A DNA stretch of 64,000 nucleotides from Macrostomum lignano (lineage: Eukaryota): NCBI GenBank assembly GCA_002269645.1, contig NIVC01001760.1, forward strand, positions 5,277-69,276. The letters are read 5' to 3'. Shown here piece by piece: positions 37,855 through 49,096 of this stretch. Below the pieces are notes generated by a model, which was not told the origin of the DNA, searched no databases, and saw nothing but the letters and a program-made list of their open reading frames with translations. Each line of letters opens with the position of its first letter. Positions within the stretch are counted from its first letter, which is position 1. Made by a program: the position numbers and the translations under genes.

Positions 37855-38836
37855 CGTGGCGCTAAAATGAGTCTGTGGCGCCAAAATCTGTTCTGTGGCG
37901 CTAAAGTCTAGTCTGTGGCGCTAAAATGAGTCTGTGGCGCCAAAATCTGCTCTGTGGTGCCAAAGTCTAGTCTGTGGCGCTAAAATGAGTCTGTGGCGCC
38001 AAAATCTGTTCTGTGGCGCTAAAGTCTAGTCTGTAGCGTTAAAATTTAGTCTGTGGCGCCAAAATCTAGTCTGTGGCGCTAAAATTCAGTCTGTGGTGCC
38101 AAAATCAAGTCTGTGGCGCTAAAATCTATTCTGAGGCGCTAAAATCTAGTCTGTGGCGCTAAAATCTATTCTGTGGCGTTAAAATCTAGTCTGTGGCGCT
38201 TAAGTTCAGTCTGTGGCGCTAAAATCTAGTCTGTGGCGCTAAAATCTAGTCTGTGGCGCTTAAGTTCAGTCTGTGGCGCTAAAATCTAGTCTGTGGCGCT
38301 AAAATCTAGTCTGTGGCGCTAAAATCTAGTCTGTGGCGCTAAAATCTAGTCTGTGGCGCTAAAATCTAGTCTGTGGCGCTAAAATCTAGTCTGTGGCGCT
38401 AAAATCTAGTCTGTGGTGCTAAAATCAGTCTGTGGCGCTTAAGTTCAGTCTGTGGCGCTAAAATCTAGTCTGTGGCGCTAAAATCTAGTCTGTGGCGCAA
38501 AAATTCAGTCTGTGGCGCTAAAATCTAGTCTGTGGAGCTAAAGTCTGCGGCGCTATGGTCTAGTCTAAGACGCTTAAATCAAGTCTGCGTGGCGCTAACA
38601 TCTAGTCTGGCACTAAAATCTAGTCTGTGGCGCTAAAATTCAGTCTGTGGCGCTAAAATTCAGTCTGTGGCGCTAAAATTCAGTCTGTGGCGCTAAAATT
38701 CAGTCTGTGGCGCTAAAATTCAGTCTGTGGCGCTTAAATTCAGTCTTTGGCGCCAAAATCTAGTCTGAGGCGCTAAAATCTAGTATGTGGCGCTATAGTC
38801 TAGTCTGTGGCGCTAAAGTTTAGGCTGTGGCGCTAA
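37855..38836. repeat. 20-bp minisatellite (AAAATCTAGTCTGTGGCGCT)n
   Basis: About 48 units, homogeneous in the centre and divergent at the edges. Confidence 0.96.
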
Positions 38837-39549
38837 ATTTCATGCCAGAGTCTTAGGGAGCTAGTTTTTAGCTATCCATGTAGCTTGGGATTTTTTGGAG
38901 ACATGCGACTGGAGTGTAGCTGGGATTTTGCGCGTAAAGACAGTTGATGATGAGGAGGAAGGCTTCATCATCAGCATCAGCATCATAATAAACCATTGGG
39001 GACCCGGCAGCCCTGACTTGTGCCGGCTGGTTGGTGAAGCTTTGAATATTATTGAGACTGGGAAGCGGGCAGCGGCTTGCTTGGGAATTTTTGTTAGAGA
39101 GCGGCTGAGGATTTGGGAAGAAGTTTGGGAAGAGAGGATTTTCAAGCTTTTTTAGCTGAAGAGTGAGGAGGCGGGGCGGGGTGCAGCGTGCTGGGTTCGG
39201 GGGGGGGGTTAGCGAAATTAATTCCTCACTTTTTTCTCCTCTTGTTCCACAAATCCCACCAGAGTTTTCCCATGATGCGGGACCAGACTCATCTCGGTGA
39301 GTGGGCTGGGGCGGGCGGGGTCCCTAATCAATAAGTAATACACTGACAAAGACCTGAGCTGCTCAGCTTTGAAGGGGCCTGGCAGTTGTTGAGGTGAGGC
39401 ATTGCTCAGTTTGGGTTTCACTCGGCACTTCTGGTTTCAATATTGGTTTGATGCGGTTAGGGCCAGTTTTAGATTCTGGATTATTTCGGATCTTGAACCT
39501 AACTTTTTCAGACATTTGGAGATGCTTTGATTCGTGTTGTGAATATCTG

Positions 39550-40045
39550 TGAATATGTGAATATTCTAGTGTTTGTGAATATTCTAGTGTTTGTGAATAT
39601 CCGTATTGTGAATATCTAGTGTTTGTGAATATCCGTATTGTGAATATCTAGTGTTTGTGAATATCCGTATTGTGAATATCTAGTGTTTGTGAATATCCGT
39701 ATTGTGAATATTCTAGTGTTTGTGAATATCCGTATTGTGAATATCTAGTGTTTGTGAATATCCGTATTGTGAATATCTAGTGTTTGTGAATATCCGTATT
39801 GTGAATATCTAGTGTTTGTGAATATCTGTATTGTGAATAATCTAGTGTTTGTGAATATCCAGTGTTTGTGAATAAATCTAGTGTTTGTGAATATCCGTAT
39901 TGAGAAAATCTAGTGTTTGTGAATATCCGTATTGAGAAAATCTAGTGTTTGTGAATATCCGTATTGTGAAAATCTAGTGTTTGTGAATATCCGTATTGTG
40001 AATAATCTAGTGTTTGTGAATATCTGTATTGTGAATAATCTAGTG
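39550..40045. repeat. 32-bp minisatellite (GTTTGTGAATATCCGTATTGTGAATATCTAGT)n
   Basis: Tandem units built from two TGTGAATAT subunits. Confidence 0.93.
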
Positions 40046-40600
40046 TTTGAGAGTATTCTAGTGCGGTGAATATCTGGTGTTGTGAATAATTATTGTTGGT
40101 GAATATCTTAGTGGTGAATATCTAGTATTCATAAAATAGTCACAGACCCAGTTTGCTGTTCCTGTCAGCAGTTGTGCCGTATGAGGAATGAAAGCGATGA
40201 CGGAATGAGGAAATGAAATAATAAGAGCCGGCCTGTTGGAGAGCAGCTGAGCGGAGCAGTGGAATAACATTTTCTCTTCCGGTTTTTTTCTTATTTTCTC
40301 TTAGCTCTCACTCAAACTCGTTATGGCACACGAGTGGAAGGGAAGGGAAAAAAGTGCATTAACAATAACAAAATGGTTGGAAAGACTGAAGGAGAAAATC
40401 GAGCACCTGCCTTTGAAGTGGCCAGTCGGAGAGTTTTGCTTTCTAGCTTGCTTTTCAAAGAGAGGAGGTGGCTGTCTGGGGGGCGCGGGGGGCATGGAGG
40501 TCTGGACAGGGGATCTGGTTCTAGCCGCGATAGTTAGGGTTCCCTCAGATTGCTCAGAAAAATTGAATGTTGTATGTAAAGAAGAAATGAAACATTTTCT

Positions 40601-42245
40601 GGATGTCTACATCTGCATGTCCACATCTGCGTGTCTACATCTGCATGTCTACATCTGCGTGTCTACATCTGCATGTCTACATCTGCATATCTACATCTGC
40701 ATGTCCACATCTGCGTGTCTACATCTGCATGTCTACATCTGCATGTCTACATCTGCATGTCTACATCTGCATATCTACATCTGCATGTCTACATCTGCAT
40801 GTCTACTACATCTGCATGTCTACATCTGCATGTCTACATCTGCATGTCTACTACATCTGCATGTCTACATCTGCATGTCTACTACATCTGCATGTCTACA
40901 TCTGCATGTCTACTACATCTGCATGTCTACATCTGCATGTCTACTACATCTGCATGTCTACATCTGCATGTCTACTACATCTGCATGTCTACTACATCTG
41001 CATGTCTACATCTGCATGTCTACATCTGCATGTCTACATCTGCATGTCTACTACATCTGCATGTCTACATCTGCATGTCTACTACATCTGCATGTCTACT
41101 ACATCTGCATATCTACATCTGCATGTCTACTACATCTGCATGTCTACTACATCTGCATGTCTACATCTGCATGTCTACATCTGCATGTCTACTACATCTG
41201 CATGTCTACATCTGCATGTCTACATCTGCATGTCTACATCTGCATGTCTACATCTGCATGTCTACATCTGCATGTCTACTACATCTGCATGTCTACTACA
41301 TCTGCATGTCTACTACATCTGCATGTCTACATCTGCATGTCTACATCTGCATGTCTACATCTGCATGTCTACATCTGCATGTCTACATCTGCATGTCTAC
41401 TACATCTGCATGTCTACTACATCTGCATGTCTACTACATCTGCATGTCTACTACATCTGCATGTCTACTACATCTGCATGTCTACTACATCTGCATGTCT
41501 ACTACATCTGCATGTCTACTACATCTGCATGTCTACTACATCTGCATGTCTACATCTGCATGTCTACTACATCTGCATGTCTACTACATCTGCATGTCTA
41601 CATCTGCATGTCTACTACATCTGCATGTCTACTACATCTGCATATCTACATCTGCATGTCTACATCTGCATGTCTACATCTGCATGTCTACATCTGCATG
41701 TCTACATCTGCATGTCTACTACATCTGCATGTCTACTACATCTGCATGTCTACTACATCTGCATGTCTACATCTGCATGTCTACATCTGCATGTCTACAT
41801 CTGCATGTCTACATCTGCATGTCTACATCTGCATGTCTACTACATCTGCATGTCTACTACATCTGCATGTCTACTACATCTGCATGTCTACATCTGCATG
41901 TCTACTACATCTGCATGTCTACTACATCTGCATGTCTACATCTGCATGTCTACTACATCTGCATGTCTACATCTGCATGTCTACATCTGCATGTCTACAT
42001 CTGCATGTCTACTACATCTGCATGTCTACATCTGCATGTCTACATCTGCATGTCTACTACATCTGCATGTCTACTACATCTGCATGTCTACATCTGCATG
42101 TCTACTACATCTGCATGTCTACTACATCTGCATGTCTACTACATCTGCATGTCTACTACATCTGCATGTCTACTACATCTGCATGTCTACATCTGCATGT
42201 CTACATCTGCATGTCTACTACATCTGCATGTCTACATCTGCATGT
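40601..42245. repeat. 14/17-bp two-variant minisatellite (CTACATCTGCATGT / CTACTACATCTGCATGT)
   Basis: About 1.65 kb of interspersed units; source of the spurious ICMSTSACLHLHVY ORFs. Confidence 0.97.
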
Positions 42246-43059
42246 TTAAAGCAACATTTTTAAAAACTTTGATCCGGAGAATTTAGTTTTAACTGGTTAA
42301 AAATAGCCAAATCCAGATTCCTAGTTTGTAAAAGTGGTCCTTGGCGCGGGCCGCTGCACTGCGGGAAAAAGGTTTGGTTTTTGGTGGCGGGCGGCATTGG
42401 GAAGCGCTTGGAATGGGTTGGTGCTGGTTGGTCTGTTATTCTAGGAGGAAGTGGTTAGAAGCCTTCTCTTGTCTGAATTGAAAGTTGCCTGGTGGAGCTG
42501 GCCTCTCCAGAACTCAGAACTCAATTCCCGGCATGCCACTCCGAGAGGAGCAGGAGGCGGGAGAGAGAGGGAGAGGTGACAGAATGGCATTCACCGCGGT
42601 GAAGGGCCCGCAGTGGTGCATTTCACTGTCAATTAATAAGGGAAGGTAGGGGCCGGCAGCCACAAGGCTAGCGGAAGCTCTAAGCCCCCTCTTCAATGAG
42701 AATCCCCCCCCTCAATTTGGGGAAATAGCGCCCTGGCGGCAGTCTGGCTGACCACCTCCCATCATAAACTAGACCCGAGACCCAGACTCAGCTCTCCCCA
42801 TCTCTGCTTATCCTACTCGTGTCAGCCAGCGCAATTCCGACACAATTGACAATCCCAATTATTTTGCAGCGTTGCAGCCCTGGAAAAGAGTGGGGGAGCG
42901 CTTTTTGTTGCTGCTGTCAGACCGGCTCAGGGCGGAGAGGCGTTTAGCTGGCTTAGCTTGCACCTGACCAGTGAACGGTTGGGGGATTCTCTAAATTGAT
43001 ACCCGCTCATTCGGGGTGTTTAGTTGTTTGGTTTGAGGTATCTTAGTTGGCTGGTTCGG

Positions 43060-43350
43060 GGTGTCTTTGGTGGCTGATTAGGGTTGTCTTTGGTGGCTGA
43101 TTAGGGGTGTCTTTGGTGGCTGATTAAGGGTGTCTTTGGTGGCTGATTAGGGGTGTCTTTGGAGGCTGATTCGGGAATTTCGGGGTGTCTTTGGTGGCTG
43201 ATTTGGGGTGTCTTTTGTGACTGATTAGGGGTGTCTTTGGCGGCTGATTTGGGGTGTCTTTGGCGGCTGATTCAGGGTGTCTTTGGCGGCTGATTCAGGG
43301 TGTCTTTGATGGATGATTTGATGTCTCTGGTGAGTGATTTGGGGTGTCTT
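43060..43350. repeat. ~22-bp minisatellite (GGGGTGTCTTTGGTGGCTGATT)n
   Basis: About 11-12 degenerate units. Confidence 0.88.
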
Positions 43351-44029
43351 TTGGTTACCGATTTTAGCTAAAACAATTAGCTAACTTGAGATCTAATAAC
43401 ATTCATTCAGTTAGCCCCAGCATCACTAATAGTCATCAATAAGAGTCGGAGGGTGTGTACAGTAGTTGAAATCATCATTCTAAAAATATGAATTAATGGC
43501 ATTATTCAGCTAGGATAATGGCAATCAGTGACGCCATTTTAGACGCGCAGCAATTGAAATGGTTACATGAGTATAATTGTGGCTAGTAGAATTTCACCTG
43601 TGCGCCAGGCTCACTGCAGCTGCCCCACCCAACCGAATAAGCCTTCGGGGCACGCTGGGCCTTCATCTCGGTATCCGGGCAGCCCCGTTTCCCCCAGCAT
43701 TCCGGAACCACCAGACAGACAGCTCCCGCCTCCCATTTGAGTCCCGCCTTCTCCCCAACAGAATCCCTTGGGGGCTGATGACGGGAAATGGCTTCATTTT
43801 CTACACCGGCATTCTTCCGTAAGAAGGCCGTTTGACTCCTTTTCCAGAGCCCGAGCTGGGGGTCGGCCTCCGCCCGGAGACAAGCGCTGAGGATTCCGAG
43901 AGAAAAAATTAAGAAAAAAAGAATTGAGACACAGGAAAAAAACCTATTATCGAACCAGGGACTACTGAAGGGTGCGTCCTGGTCTTCACAGAGCTGCCCT
44001 GGATTGGAAGACGGAAGCGATGGCTCTCC

Positions 44030-44189
44030 CATCTCTTCTCTCTGCTCTCTCTTCTCTCTCCTCTCCTCTCTCTTATCTCTGCTCTCTCTCCTCTCTTCTC
44101 TCGCATCTCTTCTCTCTGCTCTCTCTCCCTTCTCCCCTCTCTTCTATCCTCTCCATTCTGTTCTCTCCCCTCTTCTCTCTCCCCTCTCC

Positions 44190-44259
<70 letters not shown>

Positions 44260-44380
44260 TCTCTCCCCTCGTCTCTCCACTCTTGTTCTCTCTCCTCTCT
44301 TCTCTCTCTCTCCTCTCTTCTCTCCCCTCTTCTCTTCTCTTCTCTTCTTTCTTATCTCTTCTCCCATCTCATCTCTCAGC
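44030..44380. repeat. CT-rich low-complexity tract
   Basis: Polypyrimidine repeats. Confidence 0.85.
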
Positions 44381-45189
44381 CTCAATTCATGTGGATTCTT
44401 CATCTGGCCTTAGAGATAGAAACGTTTGCCAATCCTTGGCCTAAAAGTTTAATGCAGCCACTTTCATAACGCCTAGAATTCAGCATTTTTGATGAAAATC
44501 TCTTTTCGGCGATGCAAAGTCCCTGGCTGGCAACAAAGACCCCGGAGCAGGAAGGAAACCATCTGGGTTATTGAAAACACGGACACGGTCTGCAAGGCTA
44601 CATTGAGACGGTTACAAACCGAGCTCTACTCGGGTCAGCAGGTGCGCGGGTCAAGTGAGGCGGCGGAAGGCCTTCCCGGTCCGCGTGCCGCCAGCCACTC
44701 GGCTGCTCTTCTTTGAGACCGATTTACCGATTTTCTGTTTTTGACTTTTGGCTTCCCCGCTTCTTCCGCCTCGTTTCCGCGGCCCAATTTGTCCGACCGG
44801 CTGCGGCCTTGGCAACCAAAAGGGAGCCCAGCTCAGACTCAGAGCTCCGATCCCTAAGGGATTGCGGGCCGCCGTTTATAATTCGCTATTTTAAACAGTC
44901 AATATGCTAATTTGGCACCTGGAGTCCCGCTTTTTAAAAGAAGTCAAATGCTTCTTTAAGAGATAACTTCTATGGGGGTTGAACGCAGATTAATTGGGAA
45001 TCCGTGGAAGATATGCAAAAAAGACTTGACAACTGGCCTGGAATCTTCCCGGGCATCATCCTGCACCCTGGTATCTAGCGGAACTTGACGTCACAATTTA
45101 TCAATTTGCTTTTTTCTCACCCATCCTGTCTCAATGCTTTTTCCTTCTGCCCATCCTCTTGTTTCATATCTTTCTCCCATTTTATCCAC

Positions 45190-45790
45190 CTCTCTACCTT
45201 TCTCTACACCTCTCTACCTCTCTCTACACCGCTCTACCTTTCTCTACACCCCTTTACCCTTCTCTACACCTCACTACCTTTCTCTACACCCCTCTCCGTT
45301 TCTCTACACCTCTCTACCTTTCTCTACACCCCTCTCCATTTCTCTACACCTCTCTACCTTTCTCTACACCCCTCTCCGTTTCTCTACACCTCTCTACCTC
45401 TCTCTACACCTCTCTACCTTTCTCTACACCTCTCTACCTCTCTCTACACCTCTCTACCTTTCTCTACACCTCTCTACCTCTCTCTACACCTCTCTACCTC
45501 CCTCTACACCTCTCTACCTTTCTCTACACCTCTCTACCTCTCTCTACCTCTCTCTACACCTCTCTACCTTTCTCTACACCTCTCTACCTCTCTCTACACC
45601 TCTCTACCTTTCTCTACACCTCTCTACCTCTCTCTACACCGCTCTACCTCTCTCTACACCTCTCTACCTTTCTCTACACCTCTCTACCTTTCTCTACACC
45701 TCTCTACCTCTCTCTACACCGCTCTACCTTTCTCTACACCCCTTTACCCTTCTCTACACCTCACTACCTTTCTCTACACCTCTCTCCGTT
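45190..45790. repeat. 20-bp minisatellite (CTCTACCTTTCTCTACACCT)n
   Basis: Tandem variant units. Confidence 0.92.
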
Positions 45791-46427
45791 TCTTGTTCAC
45801 TTGCAATAATTACACAAACCTAGTTTGCAAGTTAATAACTGAACAAAGTTATTTAAACTGAATTATATATTTTTTTCGATCCAGTCATTAGGCCTTACAG
45901 CTAGCTAGTCTAAACACTGAATTGGAAGAGACAGACTGTAAGTGAATGGAAGGAGACACAGAGAGAGATGATATACTTGCAGTTTTGGCTCCACCCCTGG
46001 GGGCAAACTTTGGCCAGACTACTTGAAAACAAACTTGCACAGTCCCGGGGCCGATCACTGAGCTGGTGCTTCAGCTCCTTGCGGTCTTGCACAACTGCAG
46101 TAGTATAAGTAGTAGTATATAGTTGAATATATCGCTGTTACTTAGCACCGGTTCCTTCCTGCATGTAGGCTAACTGCCGCCTTAAACCCCTGAGGCGAAT
46201 TCCCTGTGAGCAGGGCTGCAGAGTAAAGGGATGAGAACAGCTGAGGATGCATTGTTCCCTTCGATCCCACTATTTCCGGTTCTCCCAAAGACGCGCTTTC
46301 CCGAACCTGGGTAGAGAATTAAAAATTAAGGCCTTAGATATTTTCTCTGTTTTAAACTTTAAATACTTACTCTTCTCAGTTGCAGAGCCTGGTTCCTTTT
46401 TAGCCTGTTTGACTTGCGTTTTATGCG

Positions 46428-47078
46428 GGCTACCAGGGGTGACAGGAGTAACAGGGGTGACAGGAGTACCAGGGGTGACAGGGCTACCAGGGGTGACAGG
46501 AGTACCAGGGGTGACAGGGCTACCAGGGGTGACAGGAGTAACAGGGGTGACAGGAGTACCAGGGGTGACAGGAGTACCAGGGGTGACAGGAGTACCAGGG
46601 GTGACAGGGCTACCAGGGGTGACAGGAGTACCAGGGGTGACAGGGCTACCAGGGGTGACAGGGCTACCAGGGGTGACAGGAGTACCAGGGGTGACAGGAG
46701 TACCAGGGGTGACAGGAGTACCAGGGGTGACAGGGCTACCAGGGGTGACAGGAGTACCAGGGGTGACAGGGCTACCAGGGGTGACAGGGCTACCAGGGGT
46801 GACAGGAGTAACAGGGGTGACAGGAGTACCAGGGGTGACAGGAGTACCAGGGGTGACAGGAGTACCAGGGGTGACAGGGCTACCAGGGGTGACAGGGCTA
46901 CCAGGGGTGACAGGAGTACCAGGGGTGACAGGGCTACCAGGGGTGACAGGAGTACCAGGGGTGACAGGGCTACCAGGGGTGACAGGAGTAACAGGGGTGA
47001 CAGGAGTACCAGGGGTGACAGGAGTACCAGGGGTGACAGGAGTACCAGGGGTGACAGGGCTACCAGGGGTGACAGGAG
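46428..47078. repeat. 18-bp minisatellite (GGAGTACCAGGGGTGACA)n, left part, interrupted by E2
   Basis: About 36 units; continues at 55734. Confidence 0.96.
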
Positions 47079-47911
47079 TGTCATGAATGTGTTATTATGA
47101 CTGTGTGTACTTTGCTACTTTGCTACGCCGGGCCAGTCGGCCGTCCTCTCCCCCCTCCTTAGATATTTTCTGACTCACCCACCTGCACTTCTGCGCGTGC
47201 GTACCCCTCCCCTCCCTGCCTAGACCTTTTCTGTTGAGTCAAACCCCCCCCATGCTCTGCGTGCGACCCCCCCCTGTGCGACCCCGCCCCATTATTTTGT
47301 TAGCTTTGCTGCCCCGCCCCTGTTTGTGATTGGCTGCCAGTCCCAGTCTGCCGTGCTGCGCCCCGGCGATTGGCTGGTACAGCTCATGCGTTGCCTTGGC
47401 TGATGTCTAAGCCCCCTTTTCTGCCTTTATCCCGCGCCCTCGACCCCCAGTTTGCTGCCTATTTATTCGGCCCCCTTGAGACCCCATTCTCGTCGTCTTC
47501 GTGGCTCCTCGGCGATTGTGCCAGCGTTGGTTGCTGAATTGCTATTCCTCGCAGAATTGCTAGACAAATATATAAGTAAAGAATATCGAGATCACCACTG
47601 CTCTGACGGCGCTGTTTCTTGTACGACTGAAATCGCGGCTGGTAAGCCTTCCAATTTGTACGTCATTTGGGTCTGCATCTGTACTAGGCACCTTAGAGGG
47701 ATTAAGTGCGTCGTACGCCGGTCCCACCCCAAGCAGCTCTGCGTCGTACGCGAGTCTGTAGGCTGTCGTGCGTCGTACGCTCGAGCAGCCTAGTCCCGAC
47801 GGACACCGCGTCGTACGCGTGTCAGTGGAGGACCGCAGCCAGGGTCAGTACACGAACCCGGGTCTGGGAAAGGGGCACGAAAGGACCGAGCCCTTGAGCC
47901 CCATCATCACA
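47079..47911 (+). repeat. E2 5' LTR (833 bp)
   Basis: Matches 54898-55733 by eye except two poly-C lengths; two ATTGG (CCAAT) boxes, GC boxes, TATTTAT ~47460, donor-like G|GTAAGC (GT 47642-47643). Confidence 0.97.
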
Positions 47912-47914
47912 AAT

Positions 47915-47932
47915 TGGCATCCTTGGTGGGAC
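47915..47932 (+). promoter_or_regulatory. E2 primer-binding site (cognate tRNA not identified with certainty, possibly Arg)
   Basis: TGGCATCCTTGGTGGGAC 3 nt after the LTR; reads as the complement of CCA, discriminator G, acceptor stem and T-stem CCCAC. Confidence 0.75.
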
Positions 47933-48019
47933 CCTGCGCTGTGGAAGACTAAGCAAGGAAGAAAGCTCGAGGCGCGGAATATTGTGAGAAATTAAGGTTA
48001 GAAACTGTGACGCCGTGGT

Positions 48020-49096
48020 ATGGATGCTGGAGGTGCTGCTGGAGGTGCTGCTGGAGGTGCGGCTGGAGGTGCGGCTGGAGGTGCGGCTGGAGGTGCGGCT
48101 GGAGGTGCTGCTGGAGGTGCTGCTGGAGCCTTTGGTGTTAATGATCTGGTCGCCGCCTTGACTGCCCAGATTCAGCAGAACATGCAGCAAGCGGGTGCCC
48201 TCAGGATTCAGAGGCCGGTGAAGTATGCTCCAGGAATGAATTTCGTGAAGTGGTTGAGGCTCTTCGTAGCTTATTGCGATGCCATGCAGATTCCGATGCA
48301 GAATCGGCGCGCTCAGTTGCTCAGCAACCTAGACTTCAGCACCTTCCAAGTTGTTGACAACATGAACCTTGGGGACGACTTGCAGTTCGAAGAATTTACC
48401 CAGGCCTTGAGGGATAGGTTCACTATGCACCGTACCGTCGTCGACTACCGCACAGAACTGAGCAATAGAGAGCAGAGTGAGAAGGAGTCGGTAGAAGATT
48501 TCTCTGAAGCTGTGATTGAGTTGGTCGCAAACGCCTTTCCTGATGCGCCTGCCGATGTGCGCGATGATCTTGCGAAAGAGCGATTTATGCGAGGCGTCCG
48601 TGCGGGGGTGGCTGTGCGGGAGCGACTGTACATGAGCCAGCCGGAGACGTTAGCGGACGCAATGCGTCTGGTGCATCAGCTGGAAGCGGCGGTTAGGGCA
48701 AGTCATGGTCCACCAGGTCAGGTATCGAAAAGAACCGTTTGTGCTGTTACGACCGAGACCAGAAAGGAGGCTTCCGAAAGCAGTGAGGTCGAGATGCTTC
48801 GAAAACAGCTGGCGGCCATGGAGATGCGAATGAAAGAGATGGAGGAGCGGAGGTCTGAAGAAGCGGCAGAGCCGACCCCGGCGAGTCGGAAGGCTGTGCA
48901 GTGTTTTTCGTGTCGAGAGTGGGGCCATATCTCATCAAAGTGTCCGAAGAAGACCAGTCAGAAGAGTGAAAACGGGAAATCGCCAGTACGATGTCACAAG
49001 TGCAACGGTGAAGGCCACCTATCCTTCAAGTGTCCGAAGTCGGGAAACGGGCCGAGGGGACCGACCGGGGAGAGTCGGGACCCTGCCAGGAAGTGA
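48020..49096 (+). CDS. E2 gag (358 aa)
   Basis: ATG 48020; capsid-like FVKWLRLFVAY..; knuckles CFSCREWGHISSKC and CHKCNGEGHLSFKC; homologous to E1 gag. Confidence 0.95.
   Translation: MDAGGAAGGAAGGAAGGAAGGAAGGAAGGAAGGAAGAFGVNDLVAALTAQIQQNMQQAGALRIQRPVKYAPGMNFVKWLRLFVAYCDAMQIPMQNRRAQLLSNLDFSTFQVVDNMNLGDDLQFEEFTQALRDRFTMHRTVVDYRTELSNREQSEKESVEDFSEAVIELVANAFPDAPADVRDDLAKERFMRGVRAGVAVRERLYMSQPETLADAMRLVHQLEAAVRASHGPPGQVSKRTVCAVTTETRKEASESSEVEMLRKQLAAMEMRMKEMEERRSEEAAEPTPASRKAVQCFSCREWGHISSKCPKKTSQKSENGKSPVRCHKCNGEGHLSFKCPKSGNGPRGPTGESRDPARK

Noticed and set aside
40323-42286. 550-650 aa Cys/His-rich ORFs
   Set aside because: All three frames are open because of the 14/17-bp array; no domain signature.
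42500-44032. ORFs 42514-42696 and 43583-44032 (-) as possible exons
   Set aside because: No recognisable homology or matching splice sites.
46247-47100. Collagen-like (GVTGVP)n ORF
   Set aside because: Translation of an 18-bp minisatellite that is open in several frames; no signal peptide or splice context, and it is split by E2.
47452-47897. ORFs inside the E2 LTRs (also 55274-55919)
   Set aside because: Non-ATG starts, no recognisable motifs; duplicated only because the LTRs are.
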